Shown here: in pieces, positions 47,913-57,211 of the stretch
Layout of the letters: every line of letters starts with the position of its first letter
Position numbering within the stretch: the stretch's first letter is position 1
Assembly (NCBI GenBank): GCA_947505245.1
Contig: CANNIZ010000002.1
Span: 150,519-214,518, forward strand
Direction: 5' to 3'
Source of the DNA: Pseudomonadota bacterium
GTDB lineage: Bacteria; Myxococcota_A; UBA796; GCA-2862545
DNA: 64,000 bases
Made by a program: the position numbers and the translations under genes
Notes under the pieces: model-generated
What the model was told of the DNA's origin: nothing
Seen by the model: the letters and a program-made list of their open reading frames with translations, nothing else
Database searches by the model: none

Positions 47913-49001
47913 ATGAAAACGAACCACGCGCTTCCTGCCCTGTGCCTTCTCGCCGCCTGTTCGACCCGTGGAACCGACACGAACGACAGCAACGGCACCG
48001 ATACGGTCGACACCAACGACACGACCGACACGGTCGACCCGAGCGCGTGTGGCACCTGCCCGGACGGCTCCACCTGTGGGGCCGCAAACGGCCTGCCGGT
48101 GTGTCGCGACACCGACACCGCGATCCCGAGGTTCTCGCACGTGTTCATCGTGATGATGGAGAACACCACGGGACAGCGCCTGCTCGACAGCACGGCCGCT
48201 CCGTACCTGCACGGGCTGATCGCGAGCGGCGCGTACGGCGCCAACTACCACGGCGTCGAGCACCCGAGCCTGTCGAACTACATCGCGCTGATGTCCGGCC
48301 AGATCGAAGACAACGGGCCGCTCGACTGCGATTGCGAGCCCGAAGGCGACGCCTGCGACACGATCAGCTGCAGCATCCTCACGCACTCGTGCGGCTGCCC
48401 GCAACCCCACCAGCAGCTCGTCGACGAGCTCGAGCCCGCCGGCGTCACGTGGCGCGCCTACGCCGAGGGCATGGGCACGGCCTGCAACCTGGTCGGCTCG
48501 GGCGACTATGCGCCAAAACACGTCCCGTTCCTGTACTTCCCGGCGTTCACGAACGACGCGACCCGGTGCGCGGATCACGTCGTCCCGTTCGAATCCAACT
48601 TCGCCGCCGACCTCGCCGCCGGCCCGCGCGACTTCTCGTTCATCGTGCCGGACCTGAAGAACGACATGCACGACCCGATCATCTCGGGCGACTCGAACCT
48701 CGGCAACGGCGACAGTTGGCTCGCCTCCCACATCCCGGCGATCCTCGCGTCCCCCGCCTACACCGACAACGGGCTGCTGATCATCGCCTGGGACGAGAAC
48801 GATCTCTCAGGGGTCATCCACAACGACGAGCCGATCCCGTTCGTGTTGATGTCGCCGCTCGCGAAGCACGGCGGCTACTCGAGCGCGGTCAGCGTCGATC
48901 ACTACGATCTGCTCGCGACGCTGGAAGATACCTTCGGCGTGGCCCGCCTCGGCGAATCGGCCTCGGCGACCCCGCTCGTGGACTTCTTCCCGGCGCAGTA
49001 G
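47913..49001 (+). CDS. phosphoesterase family lipoprotein (AcpA / phospholipase C-like)
   Basis: Lipobox LLAACST, then a TDTNDSNGTDTVDTNDTTDTVD linker. HVFIVMMENTTGQRLL and FIVPDLKNDMHD are phosphoesterase (PF04185-like) motifs. Confidence 0.75.
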   Translation: MKTNHALPALCLLAACSTRGTDTNDSNGTDTVDTNDTTDTVDPSACGTCPDGSTCGAANGLPVCRDTDTAIPRFSHVFIVMMENTTGQRLLDSTAAPYLHGLIASGAYGANYHGVEHPSLSNYIALMSGQIEDNGPLDCDCEPEGDACDTISCSILTHSCGCPQPHQQLVDELEPAGVTWRAYAEGMGTACNLVGSGDYAPKHVPFLYFPAFTNDATRCADHVVPFESNFAADLAAGPRDFSFIVPDLKNDMHDPIISGDSNLGNGDSWLASHIPAILASPAYTDNGLLIIAWDENDLSGVIHNDEPIPFVLMSPLAKHGGYSSAVSVDHYDLLATLEDTFGVARLGESASATPLVDFFPAQ

Positions 49002-49105
49002 TCGTACCGGAACTCGTCGCCGTCTCGATGGTGGCGTACCCGATGTGGGGTCTCGTCCAGCAATGGCTCGTCCAGGCCCCGTTCGTCGACAACCCCGAAT
49101 CCCCT

Positions 49106-49696
49106 TCACAGGCCGAGCGCGCCCGCCACGGCTCGAAGGCTCCGCGCGTCGGTGAGCATCCACGGGTGGAGCAGGACGGGCAGCTGGACGTCGTGAGCGC
49201 CGTCGAGTCGACTGCTGTGGGCCGGCACGATGATCGCGTCGAACGGGGTCCAGATGCTCGTCACCTCCAGTTGTTCCGCCGTCACCGACCAGTCGCGATT
49301 GAGGTCGGCAAGGAAGTCACTGCCCGGGCGCAACTCGCGCGCGACCGCGTTCTGGAGAAAGTGGCCCGCCAGCGTTCCGCGGTGTGGGCTCGACACGCAT
49401 ACGAACCGCTCAGCGCGCCGGGCTCCCCCCAGGCGCTGCAAGAAATGGCGCGCGACGAGCCCGCCGAGACTGAACGCGACGACGTCGACCTTCGGCACGT
49501 CATGACGCGCGCAGAGCGCCTCGACATGGGCTGAAAGTTGAGCCGCCAACACGACGATCGAGGCGTCCCCGTTGTTGGGAGACAGGCTCACGGCGGACGT
49601 CACGGCGCCACGCGACTCGAGGTCCGCCCGCATGACATCGAACGCCCCCGCGTCATCGTAGATTCCATGGACAAGGACGACCGGACGCCGCTGCAC
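49106..49696 (-). CDS. alpha/beta hydrolase, lipase class 2-like
   Basis: VVLVHGI, the FSLGG nucleophile elbow, and ~196 aa in a lipase/esterase fold. Confidence 0.75.
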   Translation of the reverse strand: MQRRPVVLVHGIYDDAGAFDVMRADLESRGAVTSAVSLSPNNGDASIVVLAAQLSAHVEALCARHDVPKVDVVAFSLGGLVARHFLQRLGGARRAERFVCVSSPHRGTLAGHFLQNAVARELRPGSDFLADLNRDWSVTAEQLEVTSIWTPFDAIIVPAHSSRLDGAHDVQLPVLLHPWMLTDARSLRAVAGALGL

Positions 49697-49708
49697 GAGG
49701 CACCTCCT

Positions 49709-50656
49709 TCAGGCGTTCGTCTGGGTGAGCGAGCGGAACACCTCTTCGAGGTCGCGCCGCTCGGGGGTGAGCTCGACGAGCACGTGCCCGTGCTCCACGG
49801 CCCAGCGAAACAGCTCGGCGCGGACGTCGTGGTCGGCGTCGATCAGGAACCGGTGCGCCGCGTCCCCCGCGGCCGCCGACACTGCGCGCACGCCCGTGAT
49901 CGCTCCGAGCTGCGCGCGCACGTCCTCCAAGCGCACCGTCACCTTTCCGTGCCCGAGCCCGAGCGTGGCGCGAAAGCCGCTGCCTCCGCCGGTGATCACG
50001 GCGGTAGGCCCGTCTGCGACGAGTCGGCCGCGGTGAAGGATGAGCACGCGATCACACGTGGCCTCCACCTCCGGGAGGATGTGCGTGGAGAGGATGACCG
50101 TGCGCTTCGTGCCGAGGCGGCGGATCAACGCGCGCACGTCGGCGATCTGGTTCGGGTCGAGCCCGGTGGTGGGCTCGTCCAACACGAGCAGATCGGGCTC
50201 GTGAAGGATGGCCGCGCCGAGGCCGACGCGCTGGCGGTACCCCTTCGACAACGACCCGATCCGCTGGCCCAGCCGGTCCGCGAGGCCACACTCGTCGGCC
50301 ACCCGCTCGATGCCGCGCTCGCGCTCGGCCGCCCCGAGGCCGCGCATCTCCGCGATGAACCGCAGCAGGCCGCGCACCGTCATCTCCGGGTACAACGGCG
50401 CGTTCTCGGGCAGGTAGCCGAGCTTGCGCTGCGCGTTCACGGGATCGACGAGCGTGTCGAAGCCGCACACCTTCGCCGTGCCTGACGTCGGCGCAAGCCA
50501 GCCCGTCAGGATGCGCATCACCGTCGACTTGCCCGCGCCGTTCGGCCCGAGCAGCCCGACGATCTCGCCCCGCTGGATGCGAAAGGACACCGAACTCAGC
50601 GCGACCACCGCGCCGTAGCGCCGCTCCAGCGACTCGACTGCGACCACATCGTCCAT
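49709..50656 (-). CDS. ABC transporter ATP-binding protein (orphan; no adjacent permease)
   Basis: Start at MDDVVAVESL. GPNGAGKST (Walker A), LSKGYRQRVGL (signature), LLVLDEPTTGLD (Walker B). The upstream part of the track ORF was rejected. Confidence 0.9.
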   Translation of the reverse strand: MDDVVAVESLERRYGAVVALSSVSFRIQRGEIVGLLGPNGAGKSTVMRILTGWLAPTSGTAKVCGFDTLVDPVNAQRKLGYLPENAPLYPEMTVRGLLRFIAEMRGLGAAERERGIERVADECGLADRLGQRIGSLSKGYRQRVGLGAAILHEPDLLVLDEPTTGLDPNQIADVRALIRRLGTKRTVILSTHILPEVEATCDRVLILHRGRLVADGPTAVITGGGSGFRATLGLGHGKVTVRLEDVRAQLGAITGVRAVSAAAGDAAHRFLIDADHDVRAELFRWAVEHGHVLVELTPERRDLEEVFRSLTQTNA

Positions 50657-50686
50657 GCCGGCAAAGATACGCGCTACGATGGGCCC

Positions 50687-51271
50687 ATGCCACGTTGGCC
50701 CCTGCTGTTGTTGTGCGGCTGTGCCGGATCGCACCTGCTCCGCGTCGAGAACGACGTGTTGCGGGCGCGGAACGCGTCGCTCGAGTCGCGGGTGGCCGAG
50801 CTCGAGCTTCGCGCACCCGATCCGCGCGACTACGCGCGCGAGGTCGATCTGTCTGTGGTGCATGAGTTCCTCGGCCGCGCCGGCTACGACAACACGTTGG
50901 TGACGACCGGCGCCGGGCACGTGGAGCTCGACTGGCACGGAAAGAACGCGAACTTCGGCGTGACGATTCGCTACTTCCCGAACGCGAACGTCGTGTTCCT
51001 CGCGACCGACGACTACCTCGACCTCAAGGACGCGACGAGCACCGAGAGCGTGGTGCTGCTGCTCGTGCAGCTCGCCGCGTTGAACTACGACCTGCTCGTC
51101 GGCAAATTCCAGCTGAACCCCGAGAGCGGCGAGATCCTGTTCTCGATGGAGCTCCACGTCGAAGACGGCCTCGGCTACGCGACGCTCGCCGGGGCGTTCC
51201 GCGACCTGTGTGAGATGGCCGACGCGAAGAAGCCTGACCTCGACCAGGCGATCGCGGGCCTCGGGTTGTGA
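50687..51271 (+). CDS. hypothetical lipoprotein, YbjN-like
   Basis: Lipobox LLLLCGCAGS, then an N-terminal coiled-coil segment. The rest resembles the YbjN fold (loose match). Confidence 0.45.
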   Translation: MPRWPLLLLCGCAGSHLLRVENDVLRARNASLESRVAELELRAPDPRDYAREVDLSVVHEFLGRAGYDNTLVTTGAGHVELDWHGKNANFGVTIRYFPNANVVFLATDDYLDLKDATSTESVVLLLVQLAALNYDLLVGKFQLNPESGEILFSMELHVEDGLGYATLAGAFRDLCEMADAKKPDLDQAIAGLGL

Positions 51272-52497
51272 ACCGGCCGATCGTCGCGCTCGAGGCGCTC
51301 GGGCTCGCGCTCGGAACGCTCGCGCTCGCGGTGTTCTGGGCGTTCTCCACGCCGTCCGGGATGAACCTCGTCCTGGAGCGACTCGTCGGCGACGCGCCGT
51401 TTGACGTGACGATCGAGAACGCCGCTCTCGCGCCGACGGTGGGCTGGTCACCGTCCACCTGGCGCGTCATCGTGAGCGGGATCGACGTCGCCCCGCACGA
51501 ACCGGATCGACCGTCGGTCCACATCGCGCGGCTCACCGTGAGCTCCCCGGAGCTGCTGCGCGCCTGGCTGAACCGCGACCTGCGGTTTGCAGACGTGTCG
51601 ATCGTCGGGCTCGACGTCCACGCGAAGCACCAGCACGAGCCGACGGCGTGGACGCCGCACAAGACCGCGCTCGACCGGTTCTCCGTGGACGAGTTCGACG
51701 TGTGGGACGCGAGCGTGCGCGTCGACGCGGACGGGCCGCTCGCGGAGGTCGATCTCCGGCGCGTGGACGGGCACGTCACGGGGCTCGTGTACGAGCCTGC
51801 AACCCGCGCGATCTTTGGTGTGGGCTCACTGTCGGCCACCTCGCTCAAGGACGGCGGCGCATGCCTCGTCGCGTTGGAGATCCCGAAGGCGACGGCCACC
51901 GGCCATCACCTCGAATGGACCGACGGCACGTTCACGTTCGGTGGCGGAAAGGCGCGCCTGGACGGCGCGATCGACTCGTTGGACGACCACCCGACCGTCC
52001 TGTTGAAGCTGAAGTTCGAACACGTCGACGTCGGCGCGGTCGTCGCCAGCGCCACCGGGAATGACAGTCCCCTCCAGGGCAGGCTCTCGGCCGACCTCGA
52101 CGTCCACGCGGGCGGCGCGCTCGAGCGGGGCAAGGCCTGGGCAGAAGGCACGGTCGCCCTGTCCGGCGCCAGCGTAATGCTCGCGCCGGACACGAAGCAG
52201 GTCGTGCGGCGGCTCCTCAAGGCGTCGTCCTTCGTCGAGGTCAATGATAACGGACACGTCTTGCTCGAGGACCTCACCGGCACCTTGAAGCTGCAGCGCG
52301 GGCGGGTCGACCTGATCGATCTGCGCTACCACTCGCCCCGCCGCGAGCTCGATTTTCAGGGTGTGATCGACGACAAGGTGTACGATCTCAACGTCAAACT
52401 CCTGCCCCGAAGCGACGACGCGAAGCGGGAGGGCGTGGGACTGAACTTCGCGGGCGTTGCCGGGTCGCGCGACGTGAAGGTGAGGCTGCTAAGATGA
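51268..52497 (+). CDS. membrane-anchored AsmA-like protein
   Basis: N-terminal TM helix LEALGLALGTLALAVFWAF followed by an extended beta-rich domain. The GTG start overlaps the upstream stop (GTGA). Loose family match. Confidence 0.45.
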   Translation: MNRPIVALEALGLALGTLALAVFWAFSTPSGMNLVLERLVGDAPFDVTIENAALAPTVGWSPSTWRVIVSGIDVAPHEPDRPSVHIARLTVSSPELLRAWLNRDLRFADVSIVGLDVHAKHQHEPTAWTPHKTALDRFSVDEFDVWDASVRVDADGPLAEVDLRRVDGHVTGLVYEPATRAIFGVGSLSATSLKDGGACLVALEIPKATATGHHLEWTDGTFTFGGGKARLDGAIDSLDDHPTVLLKLKFEHVDVGAVVASATGNDSPLQGRLSADLDVHAGGALERGKAWAEGTVALSGASVMLAPDTKQVVRRLLKASSFVEVNDNGHVLLEDLTGTLKLQRGRVDLIDLRYHSPRRELDFQGVIDDKVYDLNVKLLPRSDDAKREGVGLNFAGVAGSRDVKVRLLR

Positions 52498-52501
52498 CCG
52501 C

Positions 52502-53377
52502 GTGATCACCATCTTGTTCCTCTCGTGCGCCGAAGCCGTCGTGCCACCCCCCGCGGTGGTGGCCGCGAATTGCCCGACATGGTCCGCGCCGAAGGAGGTC
52601 GGCGAGCTCGACGACAACGACCTCGCCGAGGTCTCGGATCTGACCGCGCGACCGGGTGGATACTGGGCGCACAACGACTCGGGCGACACGGCGCGGTTCT
52701 TCGCGCTCGATGAAAAGGGCCATCACGTCGGAACGATCGATCTCGCCGCGCCTGCAACGGCCGTGGACTGGGAAGACATGGCCGTGTACACGCCCGCGAG
52801 CGGGACGCGCGTGTTGTTCCTCGGCGACACCGGCGACAACAAGTTCGTACGCGATCACGTCACCGTATACCACCTGAACGAGCCCGACCCCGCGAACGCG
52901 ACCGTTGCGGCGGTGGGCGTCGACTACACCTACCCGGACGGCGCGCGGCTCAACGCGGAGGCGCTGTTGGTCGACTCGCGCGACGGCGCGCTGTACGTCG
53001 CGAGCAAGTCGGACGAGGGCGTGTCGCACGTGTTCGTCGATCGCACGCCGCTGCTGCCCGGCCCCCGCGTCTGGGAGGCGGTCGGGACGCTTCAGTTCGG
53101 GGGCGCGGCGCTGCCTGGCAGCCCGAAGGTCACCTCCGGCGACCTCGCCGCGGACGGCACCGCCGTGATGCTGCGCACCTACGAGTCCGCGTACTGGTGG
53201 CGCATCGCCCCCGGACAGACCGTGATCGACGCCCTGTCAGCCCCCCCGTGCGTCGTCCCCGCGCCCGAGGAGAAGCAAGGGGAGTCCCTCGTGTTCCTGC
53301 CGGATGGCGGGTTTGCGACGGTGAGCGAGGGAAAGAAGTCTGCGCTTTGGCGCGCTACACTCGCGCCCGGAAGGTGA
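52502..53377 (+). CDS. hypothetical secreted protein or lipoprotein, possibly a propeller-like phytase/SdiA-regulated-type fold
   Basis: Signal peptide with a Cys (ILFLSCAEA). No confident family. Confidence 0.4.
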   Translation: MITILFLSCAEAVVPPPAVVAANCPTWSAPKEVGELDDNDLAEVSDLTARPGGYWAHNDSGDTARFFALDEKGHHVGTIDLAAPATAVDWEDMAVYTPASGTRVLFLGDTGDNKFVRDHVTVYHLNEPDPANATVAAVGVDYTYPDGARLNAEALLVDSRDGALYVASKSDEGVSHVFVDRTPLLPGPRVWEAVGTLQFGGAALPGSPKVTSGDLAADGTAVMLRTYESAYWWRIAPGQTVIDALSAPPCVVPAPEEKQGESLVFLPDGGFATVSEGKKSALWRATLAPGR

Positions 53378-54627
53378 CGGTGTTGTGGACGATCGTGATC
53401 ACCGCGGCGTATGCGCGCTATCCAGAAGCCGGCTTCGTCGACTCGACCGAGGGTCACGTGCGCTGCCACTACGAGCGCGACACGGACGCATCGCGCTGCG
53501 ACGACGTCGTGATCTGGGCCGAACAGGCGTGGGTCACACAGATCGACGGCCTGGGGTTCACCGCGCCCCTGCCCGACGATGGCGTCGGTGGAAGCGACGC
53601 GCTGGACATCTACATCACGCGCGAAGCGGGCGGCGCCGGGTCGGCGTTCGTCGACTGCGACGGCGGAGACCCCGCGTGCGAAGACCCCGATCCCACCGAT
53701 GACGTGGACGGCGCGCCGTCGTTCGTGGTGATCGACCCGCGCACCGCGAGCGACGACTTCCCGCTGTTCACGTACCACGAGTTCCAGCACACCACGCAGT
53801 ACGCGCGCGACTACACGGAGCCCTTCCTCGCGCTGTGGGAGGGCACCGCCGTCGCCTGTGAGCACTGGACCGCGCCAGGCTGGCCCACGTCCGCGCCCGA
53901 CTTCGGCGACTACCAGGCGACGCCGTGGCTGTCGGTGATCTTGCAGGACGGCTACTTCCTCGCGGACACCGGGTTCTCAGACGGGTCCTGGTACGAGTAT
54001 GGCGCCGTGGCCTGGGTGTTCTTCATGGACGACCGCTACGGCGACGGTCTTGGCTCGATCGGTCCCGCGCTGTGGGACGAGGCCGGAAAGCCCGGCGCCA
54101 ACGTGCTCGACGCGTGGCAGACCTTGTCGGGTGATCGCGAGGCGTCGCTGCTCGAGTTCGCCGCCGATCGCGCCCGCATGGGCACCGCCGCCGGCCCCGC
54201 TTACGCGGCGTTTGCTGGCGTCTACGGCGTGGCCTGGCGCGAAGAGACGCCGATCGACGCCCCCGCCGCACCGTCGTACCCGCCGTACCCGCTCGGCATG
54301 TCGCTGTACGACGCGTCGGGCCCCGGTGAGATCGCGTTCGATGGCGACCCGTCCGTGCGCTGGGCGCTGCTCGCGGTGACCGACTCGGACGCGATCGAGC
54401 TCGATCCCCACGGCAGCGTCGACCTCGACGGCGATTGGACCCTCGTCGTCATCAACCTCGGCCCCGACGGGTTCGTCGCGACCGACCCGCTCGAGCCGGC
54501 CTCGTTCACCCTTCTGCTGTCGGGCGTGGAGGAGACCACCCAGAGCTGCGGCTGCGACGCTTCGTCCCACGGCGGCCTCGCGTTCGGTGTCCTCGGGCTC
54601 GCGCTCGCGCGGCGGAGGCGCCGCTGA
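53374..54627 (+). CDS. secreted HExxH-motif protein (putative zinc metalloprotease) with a MYXO-CTERM-type sorting tail
   Basis: The GTG start overlaps the upstream stop. HEFQH at FTYHEFQHTTQY. The C-terminus QSCGCDASSHGGLAFGVLGLALARRRRR* has a Cys pair, a hydrophobic segment and an Arg run, which is the MYXO-CTERM signature. Confidence 0.6.
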   Translation: MTVLWTIVITAAYARYPEAGFVDSTEGHVRCHYERDTDASRCDDVVIWAEQAWVTQIDGLGFTAPLPDDGVGGSDALDIYITREAGGAGSAFVDCDGGDPACEDPDPTDDVDGAPSFVVIDPRTASDDFPLFTYHEFQHTTQYARDYTEPFLALWEGTAVACEHWTAPGWPTSAPDFGDYQATPWLSVILQDGYFLADTGFSDGSWYEYGAVAWVFFMDDRYGDGLGSIGPALWDEAGKPGANVLDAWQTLSGDREASLLEFAADRARMGTAAGPAYAAFAGVYGVAWREETPIDAPAAPSYPPYPLGMSLYDASGPGEIAFDGDPSVRWALLAVTDSDAIELDPHGSVDLDGDWTLVVINLGPDGFVATDPLEPASFTLLLSGVEETTQSCGCDASSHGGLAFGVLGLALARRRRR

Positions 54628-55334
54628 TGTTCCACCCGTCCGGTCCGACGTTGAAGGATCTCACGCTACAGGCGCTGTCCTCGACGGAGCACGGCTACGA
54701 CCTTCTCGCGCCGCGCTTCGACCTCACGCCGTTCCGAACGCCCGATGCAATCGTTCAAGGCGTGGTGGACGTCTCCATGCGCGGCGGACCCGTGAACTCC
54801 GCGATCGACGTCTGCTGCGGGACGGGGGCGGGCCTCGTGGGCCTGCGCCCGCACGTGACCGGAGCGCTCGTCGGGCTGGACTTCTCGGCCGGCATGCTCG
54901 CCGAGGCTGAGCGCGCCGCGGCCCGCGTCGGCGGGGCCACGTTCGTGAAGGCGGACGTGCTGACGCACCCGTTCGCACCGCAGTTCGAGCTCGCGACGTG
55001 TTTCGGCGCGCTCGGGCACTTTCGCACGCGCGACCAGGCGAAGTTCGTCGCGCAGGTGCACGCGATGCTGCTCCCCGGTGGTCGGTTCGTGTTCGCAACC
55101 GCCGAGCGGGTCCCGATCACGAGCCGTACCTGGTGGCTGTACCGCGGGTTCAACGCGGTGATGCGCGCGCGAAACGCCGTGCTGCGGCCGCCGTTCATCA
55201 TGTACTACCTGAACTTCCTGTTGCCGCGCGCCACCCGCGTGCTCACCGCCGCCGGCTTCGACGTGGACGTTCAACACGGCGCGATCGCGGCGCCCTACGA
55301 CCGGTACGTGGTCGTGGTCGCGACAAAGCGATGA
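54627..55334 (+). CDS. class I SAM-dependent methyltransferase
   Basis: IDVCCGTGAG (motif I), LVGLDFSAGMLAEA, LLPGGRFVF. The ATG overlaps the upstream TGA by 1 nt. Confidence 0.8.
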   Translation: MFHPSGPTLKDLTLQALSSTEHGYDLLAPRFDLTPFRTPDAIVQGVVDVSMRGGPVNSAIDVCCGTGAGLVGLRPHVTGALVGLDFSAGMLAEAERAAARVGGATFVKADVLTHPFAPQFELATCFGALGHFRTRDQAKFVAQVHAMLLPGGRFVFATAERVPITSRTWWLYRGFNAVMRARNAVLRPPFIMYYLNFLLPRATRVLTAAGFDVDVQHGAIAAPYDRYVVVVATKR

Positions 55335-56473
55335 TCGACTGGGCGGGGCTGCTCGCCGATGAGCCGCTGCCCGCCGCGGTGATCGACCTGGATGCCGTGG
55401 ATCGCAACACGCGCACGCTCCTGCAGCACCTCGGCGCGTCCGGCAAGACCGCGCGCCTCGCGACCAAGTCGCTGCGCGTCCCCGCATTGTTTCGCCACCT
55501 CGCCGGCCTCGATCCACGCGTGCGCGGGCTGATGGCGTACTCCGCGCGCGAGGCAGGCTGGCTCGTCGAGCAGGGATTTCACGACGTCCTCGTCGCGTAT
55601 CCGGTCGCGCGCACGGCCGACGCAACGCTCGTTGGTCACGCCGAGATCGTGCAGGTGATCGACGACGAGGCGCAGCTCGCCGCGCTCGCCGGCACGGGCG
55701 CGCGGGTGTGCATCGACGTCGACGTGTCGCTGCGCACGCTCGGGCAACACCTCGGCGTGCGCCGCAGCCCCGTCCGCGACGCAGCCCGCGCGCTCGTCGT
55801 CGCTCGCAAGGCGCGCGAGGCCGGGCTCCACGTGGTCGCCGTGATGGCGTACGAGGCCCAGGTCGCCGGGCTCTCGGACGGCGGCGCGTGGTTCGAACGC
55901 CCCGTGAAACGCTGGCTGAAGGCGCGGAGCGTCCCCCTCGCCGCCGCGCGTCGAAAGGAGGTCGTCGACGCGCTGCGCGCCGACGGGTTCGCGATTGCGC
56001 TCGTGAACGGCGGCGGCTCCGGCTCGGTCGCCACCACCGCCGCAGACCCCGTATGCACCGAGGTCACGATCGGTTCCGGCTGCCTGTGTCCGCACCTGTT
56101 CGACGGCTACCTCGGCCTTCCGCTCGAGCCCGCCGCGTTCTTCGCGCTGTCGGTCGTGCGCTCGTCGGACGCGGGATTCGTCACCGCGTTCGGCGGCGGC
56201 ATCGTCGCGAGCGGCTCGACCGGCACGGATCGCTCGCCCGTGGTCCACTGGCCGACGAACCTCGCGCCGCTCCCGCTGGAAGGCTTCGGCGAGGTGCAGA
56301 CGCCGTTTCGCGTCACCGCCGGAGACGCACCGCGCATCGGTTCCCCCGTCGTGTGCCGTCCAGCAAAATCGGGCGAGTGGCTCGAGCGGTTCAACGAGGT
56401 CCTGCTCGTCCGAAACGGCGCGGTCGTCGAGCGCGCGCCGACGTACCGCGGTCTCGGTGTGAGTTTCGGCTGA
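55331..56473 (+). CDS. PLP-dependent alanine-racemase-domain protein (DSD1 / D-threonine aldolase-like)
   Basis: The N-terminal TIM-barrel domain resembles alanine racemase (KTARLATKSLRVPALFR carries the PLP Lys) and a C-terminal beta domain follows. ATGA overlap with the methyltransferase stop. Confidence 0.65.
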   Translation: MIDWAGLLADEPLPAAVIDLDAVDRNTRTLLQHLGASGKTARLATKSLRVPALFRHLAGLDPRVRGLMAYSAREAGWLVEQGFHDVLVAYPVARTADATLVGHAEIVQVIDDEAQLAALAGTGARVCIDVDVSLRTLGQHLGVRRSPVRDAARALVVARKAREAGLHVVAVMAYEAQVAGLSDGGAWFERPVKRWLKARSVPLAAARRKEVVDALRADGFAIALVNGGGSGSVATTAADPVCTEVTIGSGCLCPHLFDGYLGLPLEPAAFFALSVVRSSDAGFVTAFGGGIVASGSTGTDRSPVVHWPTNLAPLPLEGFGEVQTPFRVTAGDAPRIGSPVVCRPAKSGEWLERFNEVLLVRNGAVVERAPTYRGLGVSFG

Positions 56474-56482
56474 CGTGGTAGC

Positions 56483-57199
56483 GTGCGCGCCTCGGAGGTC
56501 GTCGTGCGGCTTGGCTACGTGTGCGTGTTCATCCTGGGTAGCTCCCTCGCGTGTGGTAGCGGCGATGCGCCCGACGTCGCGGCCCCGCCGATGGTCACGA
56601 CGCCGCCTGCAGCGACGACGCCCGCAGCGACGACGCCCGCAGCCACGAACCGCTGCCCCGAAGGCCTCGTGTTCACGGGCACGTGGCAGGGTGAGTACCC
56701 GGGGCCGCCGGTGGACGTGAAGAGCCCCGTCACGGTGCCAGCCCGCGCCGAAGCGTGTGACGGCGCCGCGACCCTGCAGTGCACCGTCCCGACGGGCCTG
56801 TACCACCCGTGGTCACAGGACCCGGCCGAATTCGGCACCATCCGCCCCGTGGAGACGTACCGCGCCAAGCGCGCGGTGACCGTGCAGGTGGACGACGCGC
56901 CGCAGAACCTCGCCGCCAACGACACCGTCGTCGTCACCACGTACTGGGGTGAAGGCAACTGCAGCCTGAAGGTGGGCGCCAAGACCGGCCCCGGCGAGTG
57001 TCCGAACCTGCTGGAAGACGAGCAGGGCGCATTCTTCGACCTCGTTCCCGGGCGCGACGACGCCGATATCCAGCTGTTCGCCGTCACCTGCGCCGAGGGC
57101 ACCAAGGCGTGGATCGACGCCGACAAGGCGCTGTTCGACCGACCCGAGGTCGCCGAGGGCGGCACACCCGAGTACGGCAAGGCCGAACACGCGCCGTAA
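56483..57199 (+). CDS. hypothetical lipoprotein
   Basis: Lipobox FILGSSLACGS, then a Pro/Thr/Ala linker (TTPPAATTPAATTPAAT). No family recognised. Confidence 0.5.
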   Translation: MRASEVVVRLGYVCVFILGSSLACGSGDAPDVAAPPMVTTPPAATTPAATTPAATNRCPEGLVFTGTWQGEYPGPPVDVKSPVTVPARAEACDGAATLQCTVPTGLYHPWSQDPAEFGTIRPVETYRAKRAVTVQVDDAPQNLAANDTVVVTTYWGEGNCSLKVGAKTGPGECPNLLEDEQGAFFDLVPGRDDADIQLFAVTCAEGTKAWIDADKALFDRPEVAEGGTPEYGKAEHAP

Positions 57200-57211
57200 G
57201 GGCGCCTTCGA

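Noticed and set aside
46827-48731. 634-aa minus-strand ORF
   Set aside because: Antisense to yihY and the phosphoesterase gene. Arg/Asp-rich with no domain.
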